A stretch of DNA of 64,000 bases. Source: Candidatus Poribacteria bacterium (GTDB lineage Bacteria > Poribacteria > WGA-4E > GCA-2687025). The stretch is from NCBI GenBank assembly GCA_963665845.2, contig OY762492.1:512001-576000 (forward strand). The letters are read 5' to 3'. Every line of letters starts with the position of its first letter. Within the stretch, counting starts at the first letter, position 1. The notes beneath the pieces are model-generated. The model ran no database searches and was not told where the DNA came from. It worked only from the letters and a program-made list of their open reading frames with translations. Both the position numbers and the translations under genes were made by a program. Positions 1-10,430 of the stretch are shown here, piece by piece.

Positions 1-73
1 CTTTCGGCGTCAAAAGGATCGGCTCAATGCGTCCGTTCCGCCGCCGCGCGCGCGTCAGATCACTCGTAAGCAA
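1..73 (-). CDS. DUF790/Bax1-like nuclease, N-terminus (runs off window)
   Basis: TTG start overlaps the helicase 3' end; reads MLTSDLTRARRRNGRIEPILL, resembling DUF790 N-termini; this family typically follows XPB-like helicases. Confidence 0.55.
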   Translation of the reverse strand, partial: MLTSDLTRARRRNGRIEPILLTPK

Positions 74-1430
74 TGTGCGACCTCCGCCGTTTGCTCGCAT
101 GCATCTCGGTTGTATCGTTTGCGACGATCTCGTACAGAACGGCTGTTTTGTCCTCCTGCTTGCGCAGAATGCGTCCAAGCCGCTGAACATGCTCCCGCGT
201 CGTTCCGCTGCCGGAGATGACGATCGCCACGTTGGCGGAGGGGATGTCGACGCCCTCGTTCAGCGCTTTGGAGGCGATCAGCGCGTTGTAGACGCCGTCC
301 GCAAAGTCTTTCAAGATGCGAGTCCGTTCCGACACTTTCGTTTGATGGGTGATGATCGGCGCCAGAAAGCGGCGGGAGAGCGCATGCGCCGCGCTGTTGC
401 GTTCGGTGAACAAGAGAGCGCGGTCGCGGCGGTGCTTCCACAGCAGCTTTTCAACATGGTCCATCTTGGACGGCGCCGCCATCGCCAGTTCGCGCCTTCG
501 CTGGTACGCCGCCATCGCGCGCCGCCCCTCCGCGCTGATCGATGTGCGGATGATAAACTGGCTCCAGCCCTCTCTTGTGGACATGCGTATGCCCTGCTTC
601 ATGACAAAATCGCGGTATGTCTTTTCCGCTTCATCATATTCTTTCCGCTCCTCGTCAGAAAGCTCCACGAAGTATCGGATCGTTTCATATTCGGCGAGGT
701 ATTCTCCCGACAGATCCACAATGCTTTTTCGATACGCGACCGGCCCGATCAGCGCCTCAAGCGCGGCATGCTTTCCGTCCTGGCGCTCCAGCGTCGCCGT
801 CAAGCCCAAGCGAAACGGGGCGATGCAGCGCTGCGCAGCGCGCGAATAGATTTCGCTCGGCAGATGATGGCATTCGTCAAAAATGACCAGCCCGAAGCGC
901 GCCCCGATGTTCTCCATGAAACGATGAGCGGAGTCATAGGTCGTAACGGTGATGGGCTGAAGGTCGTAGTCGCCGCCGCCGATGACGCCGATTTTTCGTT
1001 GGAACCTGTCGGCGAGCGTCATGCGCCACTGCGTTATCAGGTCCAGCGTCGGGGCGACGACGAGCGTATCGCGCCGGGCGGCGTCCATCGCTAGAAGGGC
1101 GGCTTCCGTTTTGCCGGAGCCTGTCGGCAGGACGACCACGGCGCGCCGCTGAGACGCTTCCCATGCCTTCACCGCCTCCGTCTGGAACGGGCGCGGCTCT
1201 CGGCGTATCTGGAGTCCCTTTTCGAGTTCGCCGTATTGGCGCGCTTCGTCTTCGTACGGTATTCGGTTTCGGAGAAGGGCAAGCGAGACAGGCGCGTATG
1301 CAGAGCCAGGGGCGCGGTACAGATTTTCCCGCTCATCCCAGAGGCATGCGCTCGGAAGCGGGGGCGACTCGGAACGTTCAAGCCCGCGCACCACGATGGC
1401 GCCCGCGTCAAAATGCAGCGAGACGGTCAA
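60..1430 (-). CDS. XPB/Ssl2-like SF2 DEAD/DEAH-box helicase
   Basis: Walker A LPTGSGKT, DECH box, GLTAT motif III, NEGVDIP, QRLGRILR motif VI. Confidence 0.9.
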   Translation of the reverse strand: MTVSLHFDAGAIVVRGLERSESPPLPSACLWDERENLYRAPGSAYAPVSLALLRNRIPYEDEARQYGELEKGLQIRREPRPFQTEAVKAWEASQRRAVVVLPTGSGKTEAALLAMDAARRDTLVVAPTLDLITQWRMTLADRFQRKIGVIGGGDYDLQPITVTTYDSAHRFMENIGARFGLVIFDECHHLPSEIYSRAAQRCIAPFRLGLTATLERQDGKHAALEALIGPVAYRKSIVDLSGEYLAEYETIRYFVELSDEERKEYDEAEKTYRDFVMKQGIRMSTREGWSQFIIRTSISAEGRRAMAAYQRRRELAMAAPSKMDHVEKLLWKHRRDRALLFTERNSAAHALSRRFLAPIITHQTKVSERTRILKDFADGVYNALIASKALNEGVDIPSANVAIVISGSGTTREHVQRLGRILRKQEDKTAVLYEIVANDTTEMHASKRRRSHIAYE

Positions 1431-1471
1431 ACGCTTTTCCTCTCCAACGATACTTCACGGCGTTTTCTAAG

Positions 1472-1652
1472 CATGATACTTAATCTGGGCAGTTGAACGA
1501 ACAAAACCTTTCTTTGTGGGAAACGGTTTCGCCAACCAAATCGTCATTCCCGCCCCCCACTTCGTCATTCCCGCGTAAGCGGGAATCCAGAGGCGCCGCA
1601 GAAACCGTCTGCCTTCGCATGCCGACATGTCGCAACTAAAGACTCAATCTCA
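1472..1652. repeat. Degenerate MITE-A copy with REP-like palindrome
   Basis: gtcattcccgcgtaagcgggaatccagaggcgccgcagaa...caactaaagact, matching 13621-13788. Confidence 0.75.
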
Positions 1653-1663
1653 ATAATTTCGAC

Positions 1664-1692
1664 TTGATTGCCGTTGGACGTTCGGTTATACT
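1664..1692 (+). promoter_or_regulatory. sigma70-like promoter of tRNA(CAT)
   Basis: TTGATT-17 nt-TATACT ending 10 nt upstream of the tRNA. Confidence 0.65.
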
Positions 1693-1701
1693 CATCTGTG
1701 T

Positions 1702-1778
1702 GGCTTCGTAGCTCAGTCGGTCAGAGCGAGCGACTCATAATCGCTAGGTCCTCGGTTCAAATCCGAGCGAAGCCACCA
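1702..1778 (+). tRNA. tRNA with CAT anticodon (elongator Met, possibly Ile2)
   Basis: GGCTTCG/CGAAGCC acceptor stem, AGCGA-CTCATAA-TCGCT anticodon arm, TTCAAAT T-loop, CCA end; G1-C72 paired so not initiator. Confidence 0.93.
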
Positions 1779-1792
1779 TCTCCGCCTTTCGT

Positions 1793-2134
1793 TTAGTTTC
1801 CGCGCCGTTTGCTGTCGATTTCGGCGACATGCTCGGCAAGTATTTCTTTCGGCGCCATGCGCAGAAAGACCCATCCCGGCAGCAGAATCACAAGCCCCGC
1901 CGCGACGAGAATGTCGTCAAACTTCCCGACGACAGGCACAAAGTCCGCGTCCATTTTCCAGACAAAATACGCGGTTGAAATGAGCAGCGCCGCGAATCCC
2001 GCCAGAACCGCCGCCGCTTTATGGTGGATCGGAACGCGCGAGTCTTTCCATAACGCGCGAAAAAGGCGCGCAAAGTTCGGCATATGATAGAGCAGCCGCG
2101 CGATTTTAAGCCCAGGGCCGCCGGTGAAGATCAT
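1793..2134 (-). CDS. YkvA/DUF1232 family membrane protein
   Basis: DSRVP...K and DFVPVVGKFDDI motifs; AGGAG RBS before ATG 2134. Confidence 0.8.
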   Translation of the reverse strand: MIFTGGPGLKIARLLYHMPNFARLFRALWKDSRVPIHHKAAAVLAGFAALLISTAYFVWKMDADFVPVVGKFDDILVAAGLVILLPGWVFLRMAPKEILAEHVAEIDSKRRGN

Positions 2135-2245
2135 CGTCGCTCCTAACATGATGCGCCTATGCTCATTGTAAATAAAACGGATCAAACGCGCAAGACAGGC
2201 GGGCGGCAGTACGCTCATACGGGGATATTCTTGGCGCCCGCGTCC

Positions 2246-2380
2246 AATTCCCCCTTGAAAAGGGGGCTAGGGGGGTTTCAGCGCGGCAGTTGCGCTGCCT
2301 TAAGATTCCCGCGCGTTTTACCGCAAGGGCGGAATGACGCTGCGCGCGGGAATGACGCCGAGGGCGGAGATGACGCCGAT
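2246..2380. repeat. Composite intergenic repeat (CCCCCTTGAAAAGGGGG hairpin module plus GGAATGAC units)
   Basis: Same modules at ~5330, ~8305, ~18985, ~40080, ~43245. Confidence 0.7.
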
Positions 2381-2422
2381 GCGAAAATGCGGCATACTTC
2401 CGCAAGAAAGGCGGAGAAGCGT

Positions 2423-3229
2423 ATGGCGCGCATTGCAATCGTGACGGATGAAATCAGCGGAGATCCGATCACCGCCGTGGAGCTGGGGCTTGAATGGGGC
2501 GTCCGTCGGTTTGAGCTGCGCAGCGTCTCGTCGGGGCGGCTGCCGTTTGTCTCCGATGCAGACCTGCGCAAGCTGGACTCGCTCGCGCGCCGCGGCGATA
2601 TAGAGCTGACCGTCATGTCGCCTGGCTTCTTCAAGGCGCCGCTCGACAGCGATGTTACGCGGCGGCAGCTGGAGGAGGGGCTTCCCCGCGCGATAGAGCT
2701 CGCGCACCGCCTCGGCATTCTGAAGATCGATTTCTTCGCCGGCAGAAAAAAGAGCGGCATCCCTAGAGCGGACGCCCACCGCAAAGCTGCCGACCTGCTG
2801 CGCCGGTGCGCCGAAGCGCTGGCGGACGCCGATCTCGGCATGCTGCTGGAAAATGAACATATCTGCTGGGCGGACACCGGAACGAACGCGAAAGCCATTC
2901 TGGACCTGACTGACCATCCGAACATGTCGCTGAACTGGGACCCTTGCAACGTTGTCTGGGCGGGCGGGTCGCCGTTTCCGCGCGAGTACGAACTAGTAAA
3001 GCCGCATATCGGACATCTGCATATTAAGGATACGGCGCGCGGGCGGTTGGGGCGTTTCCACGGGGCGCACATCGGCGAGGGGGAGGTCGGATGGGGCGCG
3101 ATTCTACGAGCGTTCGTTCAGAGCGGCTGGGACGGACTCTATACTGTCGAGACGCATTTTGAGCCGAAAGTCGCCGCGTCCAGGCGGTGCGTCCAGAACC
3201 TGCGCCGTCTGCTGATTGAGGCGCTTTAA
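2423..3229 (+). CDS. Sugar phosphate isomerase/epimerase (AP endonuclease 2 TIM barrel)
   Basis: ENEH, NWDPCN, HLHIKD, ETH metal motifs; start moved to ATG 2423 because the upstream extension is repeat DNA. Confidence 0.85.
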   Translation: MARIAIVTDEISGDPITAVELGLEWGVRRFELRSVSSGRLPFVSDADLRKLDSLARRGDIELTVMSPGFFKAPLDSDVTRRQLEEGLPRAIELAHRLGILKIDFFAGRKKSGIPRADAHRKAADLLRRCAEALADADLGMLLENEHICWADTGTNAKAILDLTDHPNMSLNWDPCNVVWAGGSPFPREYELVKPHIGHLHIKDTARGRLGRFHGAHIGEGEVGWGAILRAFVQSGWDGLYTVETHFEPKVAASRRCVQNLRRLLIEAL

Positions 3230-3248
3230 CCCAAGACAAGGGGATGGA

Positions 3249-3402
3249 TGACCTCACGTCTTAAGTTGGGACATGTCGGCATGCGAACGCGGACGTCTTC
3301 TGCGGCGCCTCTAGATTCCCGCTTACGCGGGAATGACAAAATGAGGCGTCGGGAATGACAAAATGAGGCGTCGGGAATGGCAAAATGAGGCGTCGGGAAT
3401 GG
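3249..3402. repeat. MITE-A half plus 22-nt tandem units (GGGAATGACAAAATGAGGCGTC x~3)
   Basis: TIR tgacctcacgtcttaagttgggaca, palindrome, then tandem array. Confidence 0.8.
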
Positions 3403-3442
3403 CGGTTTGCCGGGTTTCCGCGTTCCGCTGTTTATGCCGCGC

Positions 3443-4333
3443 TCACTCTTCCGCGTCAGGCTCTTTTTCCATGTTGAACGGCGGATCTATGCTGCGGGCT
3501 TGACCTATCCATGACGGAAGGCCGTTTTCAAGCGGATAGCTCCATGCCGTTTCATACAGGCGCGCTGTGAAAAGGGCGGCGGCGCGCATGCGTTCCACCG
3601 CAAACTCGCGCGGCAGATTCTCCTCATGATCGTAGACAAAATCGATCAGCTCGCGCGAGGCATGAATCTCTTCCACGATGCCTTTAAACAGATCCTCAAA
3701 CGGCTCAACAGGCTCCGTCAGCGCGAAATCGTCCGCGGTCAGCTCCAGCTTTTCAGGCAAGCCGTCCACCTTCGAGTGGATGCCCGTATGCGGCGAGGAG
3801 CCGTCCGGGTTCGCCCTGCCGTCGTAATGCACGGTGCAGTGAAGCGGGTTGCACAAATCCACCGCGTAATGGGACAGAACGCCCGCGATATAAAGCGCTT
3901 TGAACCGAATATACAGGTTGTCGGGAAAGCGGCGATGCTCCTCAAACGCAAACGCGAGCCGCTGCGTCCATTCCATGATCGCGTACGGAGCCGTTCCCGT
4001 TGTGGCGGGATTGATGCGCAGCTCTTGGCACAGGCGGTAGTATGCATAGCGCGTCTTCGGCAGCGCGCGTCCTTTCAGCAGCTCCAGATCGATAAAGTGT
4101 TCAGGGCGCTCCGCTTCTCTTAAGGCGGGGGCGGCGCGCCCGCGTATGATGTCGGGGTCGATGGATGCATGCGCGATCATCCCTTCGCCCTCTCGGAAAA
4201 ACACCGGGAGCTGTTCAGACGGGGCGCGGACCGCCGCTTTAGACGCTTCCACATGCGCCCCCGACCACCACGCTTCAGCGGAAAACGGAGCGGCGGCAAA
4301 GACGACCGCGAAAAGCAAGACAGCGCGTTTCAT
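3443..4333 (-). CDS. Secreted S1/P1 nuclease / Zn-phospholipase C fold protein
   Basis: Signal peptide then W-x4-H; PEHFID; HYAVDLCNPLH; GIH Zn ligands. Confidence 0.8.
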   Translation of the reverse strand: MKRAVLLFAVVFAAAPFSAEAWWSGAHVEASKAAVRAPSEQLPVFFREGEGMIAHASIDPDIIRGRAAPALREAERPEHFIDLELLKGRALPKTRYAYYRLCQELRINPATTGTAPYAIMEWTQRLAFAFEEHRRFPDNLYIRFKALYIAGVLSHYAVDLCNPLHCTVHYDGRANPDGSSPHTGIHSKVDGLPEKLELTADDFALTEPVEPFEDLFKGIVEEIHASRELIDFVYDHEENLPREFAVERMRAAALFTARLYETAWSYPLENGLPSWIGQARSIDPPFNMEKEPDAEE

Positions 4334-4344
4334 GGCGGATCCTT

Positions 4345-4785
4345 TCATCGTTCAGCCGAGGCGTTCTCTTTAGGCGGCCATTCAGCAAAGAGCTTCTGAA
4401 TGCGTTTCTGTATCTCATCGCGGACGGCGCGAAACCCGTTTAAAATATCGTCGTCGGTACCGCCTTTTCCCGCCGGGTCGGGGAGGGGCCAGGCGGCAAG
4501 TTTCACGGGGCGCGGAAAGACGGGGCATACCTCCTCCGCGCACAGCGTAACCGCCATATCGATCTCGTCAACAGGGATGTCGTCCACGCCTTTAGAGTAC
4601 TGGCCGGACGGGTCGAGACCGATCTCTTTGAGCGCCTTGACAGCGTACGGGTTGATTCGGCTGGGGCGGCTGCCGGCGCTGAACACCTGTACGCCTTCGG
4701 GCGCGGCGTTTCGGGCGATCGCTTCAGCCATCTGGCTTCGCGCGGAATTGGCGACGCACATAAACAGCAGATGCGTCATGTTCAT
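4345..4785 (-). CDS. arsC: Arsenate reductase (LMW-PTP fold)
   Basis: CVANSARSQMAE P-loop, TLC..EVCP, DPA. Confidence 0.85.
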   Translation of the reverse strand: MNMTHLLFMCVANSARSQMAEAIARNAAPEGVQVFSAGSRPSRINPYAVKALKEIGLDPSGQYSKGVDDIPVDEIDMAVTLCAEEVCPVFPRPVKLAAWPLPDPAGKGGTDDDILNGFRAVRDEIQKRIQKLFAEWPPKENASAER

Positions 4786-5198
4786 TTCTCCGATTCGTTT
4801 TGCAGAAAGCCAATCTCGCGCAGGTGCTGCGGGTACAGCTTCATTGCCGGCTTCATCAGCGGTATCAGCTCCATCATTTTTTTAAGGGGTCCGCGGTAAG
4901 CGATGCGCCCGGCAAGCGTTTCCGCCAAGATGTTCAGCTCGCCGAGCCAGAGGCGGTGCGCGGCGTCGGCGGACATGCTCAACTCAATGTCGGGCGCGGG
5001 TCCTTGATCGCCGAAACGTATCTCGTTGACGCCTTTGCGCGTGTCGATGACGATGACGGCGTCAGGGTCGCTGCATCGAAACCGCGCGACCAAGCCCGCG
5101 TCGGCAACATGCTTGTAAAGTTCAGGGTCATGCTTGATCTTCAGCAGCATACCGCCGACGCAAGCATAAAACTGATCTGAATCCTTAAAAACGCCCAT
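4782..5198 (-). CDS. SCP2 sterol/lipid-binding domain protein
   Basis: PDIELSMSADAAHRLWLGELN...GRIAYRG pattern typical of SCP2. Confidence 0.7.
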   Translation of the reverse strand: MGVFKDSDQFYACVGGMLLKIKHDPELYKHVADAGLVARFRCSDPDAVIVIDTRKGVNEIRFGDQGPAPDIELSMSADAAHRLWLGELNILAETLAGRIAYRGPLKKMMELIPLMKPAMKLYPQHLREIGFLQNESEK

Positions 5199-5279
5199 TG
5201 AGCATCGTCTCCTTACGCTGTGAATCGACTCCAAGAGAAAGTGTAGCGTTGCGAGCCGCATTTTGAAAGTTTATGTCCG

Positions 5280-5511
5280 ATTCCCCTTTGAAAGGCGTAC
5301 GCGGACATCTCCTGCGGCGCCTCGTCCGATTCCCCCTTGAAAAGGGGGGCTAGGGGGGTTTAAGGCGCGGACAGTTCCTGCGGCGCCTCTGGATTCCTGC
5401 TTGTGCAGGAATGCATGTCCTCGCGGAAGCGGGAACGGCTTGGTTGGCGGCGCCTTTCCCATGAATAAAGGCTTTAGTCGTCCAACTGTCCAACTTTCAG
5501 CATGAGGTCAG
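5280..5511. repeat. Composite repeat ending in MITE-A TIR
   Basis: Hairpin module, REP variant, ...aactttcagcatgaggtcag. Confidence 0.75.
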
Positions 5512-5586
5512 GCGGCAACATTTGCATAAAAGCCCGCTATCGTTTACCATATAAACGCAAGCGACTCGCGTTAACAAGGAGAGACG

Positions 5587-6993
<1,407 letters not shown>

Positions 6994-6995
6994 AC

Positions 6996-7595
6996 ATGGA
7001 ACCTTTTGTTGAACATACAGGTCTCGCCGCCCCGCTGGACGCCGCCAACGTCGATACGGATCAGATCATCCCGAAGCAGTTTTTGAAGCGCATCGAACGC
7101 GCCGGCTTTGGACAGTTTCTCTTTTTTGACTGGCGCTTTAAAGACGACGGCTCCGAAAACCCTGACTTCTCTTTAAACAAGCCTGAATACCGCGGCGCGT
7201 CCATTCTGATTGCGGGCGCCAACTTCGGCTGCGGCAGCTCGCGCGAACATGCCCCCTGGGCGCTTCTGGATTACGGCTTCCGCGTTCTGATTGCGCCTTC
7301 CTTCGCCGACATTTTCAGAAGCAACTGTTACAAAAACGGCATTCTTCCCATCGAACTGAACGCGGATGACGCCGCCCGTCTGCGCCGTCAAGCCGAAACG
7401 CGCCGCGGATTTCAGTTGACCGTCGACCTGCCGAAGCAGACCGTTTCGGACCCTGACGGCAAGACGTACACGTTTGAGATGGACTCGTTCCGTAAGGAGT
7501 TTTTGTTAAAAGGGCTGGACGACATCGGCTGGACGCTGCAGTTCGAGGACGCCATCGCTGAATATGAAAAGAAGCGCGACGCCCTTCCCGCCTGA
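6996..7595 (+). CDS. leuD: 3-isopropylmalate dehydratase small subunit
   Basis: [28 protein letters not shown]. Confidence 0.97.
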   Translation: MEPFVEHTGLAAPLDAANVDTDQIIPKQFLKRIERAGFGQFLFFDWRFKDDGSENPDFSLNKPEYRGASILIAGANFGCGSSREHAPWALLDYGFRVLIAPSFADIFRSNCYKNGILPIELNADDAARLRRQAETRRGFQLTVDLPKQTVSDPDGKTYTFEMDSFRKEFLLKGLDDIGWTLQFEDAIAEYEKKRDALPA

Positions 7596-7653
7596 CCGGC
7601 GGAAGCGGCGTCATGCATAAAACGCTGGATTCGCGGGCGGAATGAAAGTTGGA

Positions 7654-7731
7654 TGGTGACCCCTACGGGATTTGAACCCGTGTCGCCAGCGTGAAAGGCT
7701 GGTGTCCTAGGCCAGGCTAGACGAAGGGGTC
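7654..7731 (-). tRNA. tRNA-Glu(TTC)
   Basis: Reverse complement GACCCCT...CCAGC-CTTTCAC-GCTGG...TTCAAAT...AGGGGTC-ACCA. Confidence 0.95.
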
Positions 7732-7750
7732 ACGCCGTTTCTGGTCAATG

Positions 7751-7779
7751 ATGTTAACCGCTTGCGCCGCAAGGGTCAA
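7751..7779 (-). promoter_or_regulatory. sigma70-like promoter of tRNA-Glu
   Basis: TTGACC-17 nt-TAACAT on minus strand. Confidence 0.65.
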
Positions 7780-7856
7780 CTTAAAATGCGAAAAATCCCG
7801 CTTTCCGCTGCGCAGAGGCGCATTTTTAAGCGGAAACGGACGAAAGGAGCGATACG

Positions 7857-8228
7857 ATGCGATACATAACGATCCCGATGGCTGCGTTGGCCGCCCTGTT
7901 CTTCATTTCATGCGCAGCCGCCCCGACAGGCTCCATGCCGCCGCCCGAAGAAGAGGAGCCTTGGGCGGAGGAGATACGGGAGGCGAAAAAAGCGGCGAAC
8001 AAAGAGGCGGAATACTTCGTCGTCCGCGTCAGAGAGCAGGGAGTGAGAGCGTTGGATGAACGAGCGCCGATCGTCGGGTATGAGCAGCAATGGCGAAAAA
8101 AGAAGCTTGAGTGGCTTGAGAAAGCAAGAGAGAAAGGGTTCACAGGGAGCGACGAGGAGGTGGAGCCGAAGTGGGCTGAAAAATGGAGGCAGCCCGGACC
8201 CAGAGAGCGGCGCGCCAATTCGGATTAG
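7857..8228 (+). CDS. Hypothetical lipoprotein
   Basis: GAAAGGAG RBS, hydrophobic signal with FISC lipobox, charged body. Confidence 0.6.
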   Translation: MRYITIPMAALAALFFISCAAAPTGSMPPPEEEEPWAEEIREAKKAANKEAEYFVVRVREQGVRALDERAPIVGYEQQWRKKKLEWLEKAREKGFTGSDEEVEPKWAEKWRQPGPRERRANSD

Positions 8229-8480
8229 CGGCGCCTTAAGATTCCCGCTTACGCGGGAATGACCCCCGTTTTCACGGGGGCAGGCTAGGGGCGGCGCGTC
8301 CGATTCCCCCCTTGAAAAGGGGGGCTAGGGGGGTTTTCGCGGACGCGGACAGCGCCTGCGGCGCCTAAGATTCCCGTTTTCACGGGAATGACGAGGAGGG
8401 GGGCGGGAATGCATGTCCTCGCGGAAGCGGGGGACGAGGAGGGAGGCGGGAATGCATGTCCTCGCGGAAGCGGGGGCGGC
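8229..8480. repeat. Composite REP-like repeat cluster
   Basis: gattcccgcttacgcgggaatgac, hairpin module, duplicated gggaatgcatgtcctcgcggaagcggg. Confidence 0.8.
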
Positions 8481-8483
8481 GGC

Positions 8484-9545
8484 TTACGGGGTGAAGTCTG
8501 TACCGCTGTCGACGGCGCGGATAAACTCGGCAAACAACGCCGCTGTCTGCTCCATGTCCTCCAGGCTGACAACCTCCACCGTCGTATGCATATACCGGTT
8601 CGGTATTTTAAACAGGCCTGCCGCCGTTCCGCCGCGCGCCACCTGTAAAGCCCGCGCGTCGGTCGGCGTCGCGGACGGATAGGCGGCGATCTGCATCGGT
8701 ATGTCCGCCTGTTGAGCCGCCTCGACCGCGATCTCAAAGACGCGCGGATTCACATTCGGTCCCCGCACGATGACCGGCCCTCCCCCAACAACCGTATGCC
8801 CGATCTTCTTTTTCTCGGCGTCAGGGGTGTCGGTTGAGTGATTCACATCGACCGCAATGCCTACATGCGGATTGATGGCATAGGCGGAGGTTTCGGCGCC
8901 TCGAACGCCCAGCTCCTCCTGGACGGTGGAGACGGCATAGACGGCGGCGTCAAAATCGCGCGTCTCGGCGAGCATCCGCGCCGCTTCGGTCATCGCCCAG
9001 ACGCCCGCCTTGTTGTCCAGCGCGGGGGAAGCGATGCGGTTGTTGCGCAGCTCCGTAACGCCCAGCCGAAACGTGACGGGGTCGCCGAGCGCGGCAACCG
9101 ACTCCGCCTCCTCCTTGTCCTTCGCGCCGATGTCGATCCACAGCTTGTCGATAGCGGGGGCTTTTCCGCGTTCTGAAGCGGAGAGCAGATGCACCGCTTT
9201 TCTGCCGATGACGCCGTTCACCGACCCGTCTTTCGTCCAGACAACGACCGGCTGCCCGACCAAAACGGTGTTGTCATGCCCGCCGACAGCCGAGAATGCG
9301 AGATACCCGTTCGAATCGATATGCTGAACGATGAACCCGATCTGGTCGCAGTGCGCGGCGAGCATGATGCGCGGCTGTCCCTCAGGGTTCAGGACAGCCG
9401 CGGCGTTGCCGTGAACGTCCGTATGAATCTCGTCTGCAAACGCGCTTGCGTATTCTCGGAAGGCCTGTTGAATCGGCTGCTCATAGCCGGAGACGCTGGG
9501 CGTTGTCAGCAGGCGGTCTAGGAACGTTCGGGAGTCGGCGTTCAT
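8484..9545 (-). CDS. M42 family aminopeptidase
   Basis: SVSGYE, AAHCDQIG, ALDNKAG, VQEELG, AVDV, RYMHT. Confidence 0.92.
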   Translation of the reverse strand: MNADSRTFLDRLLTTPSVSGYEQPIQQAFREYASAFADEIHTDVHGNAAAVLNPEGQPRIMLAAHCDQIGFIVQHIDSNGYLAFSAVGGHDNTVLVGQPVVVWTKDGSVNGVIGRKAVHLLSASERGKAPAIDKLWIDIGAKDKEEAESVAALGDPVTFRLGVTELRNNRIASPALDNKAGVWAMTEAARMLAETRDFDAAVYAVSTVQEELGVRGAETSAYAINPHVGIAVDVNHSTDTPDAEKKKIGHTVVGGGPVIVRGPNVNPRVFEIAVEAAQQADIPMQIAAYPSATPTDARALQVARGGTAAGLFKIPNRYMHTTVEVVSLEDMEQTAALFAEFIRAVDSGTDFTP

Positions 9546-9562
9546 GCTGGTCTCGCTTCGTT

Positions 9563-10324
9563 TTACTGCGTTTTCAGTTCCGCCCATGCGGACGCCATCT
9601 TGCCGTTCGGATCGACCGACAGCAGCGCGTCGAATCCGTCCGTATGGATAGAGGCGATCTCGTCTTCGGAGAGGGCGGAATGGAAGAAACCGACCTCGTC
9701 CAGTACGCCTTCCCAGGTTTCGGTACCCTGCCGTCCGATTTTCAGGAACTTGTAGGGTCCAAGCTCGCCCGCATAGTCGGCGGAGCCGACCTCTTCGCCG
9801 TTGACGTACTGCAGCGCTTTTCCGGCGTCGGCGTCCATGACCATGGCGACATGGAACCAGGTGTCCGCTTCCAGCTTTTTGTTTTTAGGCAGATTGACAT
9901 TCCCTCCGCCGGGCGGGATGAATCGACCCCAGAGCGTGTGGGAATTTTCAACCCAGATGCCGATGATCTTGGTGGCGGGGGCGCCTTCGTCCGTATCGGT
10001 CGCCTGGGCATGGAGCAGCCCTGGGTTGTTGCTGGGCAGGGCGGAGTATTTTGCCCAGATCACATAGGTGACCGTGTTCGAGTGCGGAACCGGCGCCAAG
10101 ACGTAGGAACCGTCCGCGGCGGCGAGCTGAACGCCTTTGCCCCAGTCGGTGTCAACGCGTTCGCCCCCGTTGACGAATTCGCCGTCGTTGCCGTTCCCGG
10201 ATGAGTCTACGGCGTCGTTCCCGTCTCCGTCGAACCGCCATAAACCGACGAGATCGTCTCGGGCGGCGAAGGCGTTCAGGGCGAGAGCCGCGATTCCAAT
10301 GATGCAGATGGCTGCGCGTTTCAT
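9563..10324 (-). CDS. Secreted LamG/concanavalin-like protein with conserved C-terminal motif
   Basis: Signal peptide; LVGLWRFD, DSSGNGNDG, WFHVAMV, YVNG, GVLDEV; ends LSVDPNGKMASAWAELK. Confidence 0.85.
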   Translation of the reverse strand: MKRAAICIIGIAALALNAFAARDDLVGLWRFDGDGNDAVDSSGNGNDGEFVNGGERVDTDWGKGVQLAAADGSYVLAPVPHSNTVTYVIWAKYSALPSNNPGLLHAQATDTDEGAPATKIIGIWVENSHTLWGRFIPPGGGNVNLPKNKKLEADTWFHVAMVMDADAGKALQYVNGEEVGSADYAGELGPYKFLKIGRQGTETWEGVLDEVGFFHSALSEDEIASIHTDGFDALLSVDPNGKMASAWAELKTQ

Positions 10325-10430
10325 ATCGTCTCCTCTTGCGTTATGCGGTGTTATCGTTTTTCATGATAGCGCATTGTCGGCGCGTTGTCTTTGAACGCTG
10401 CCGTTGCTGAAAACGAGGCGGGAGGCTTCT

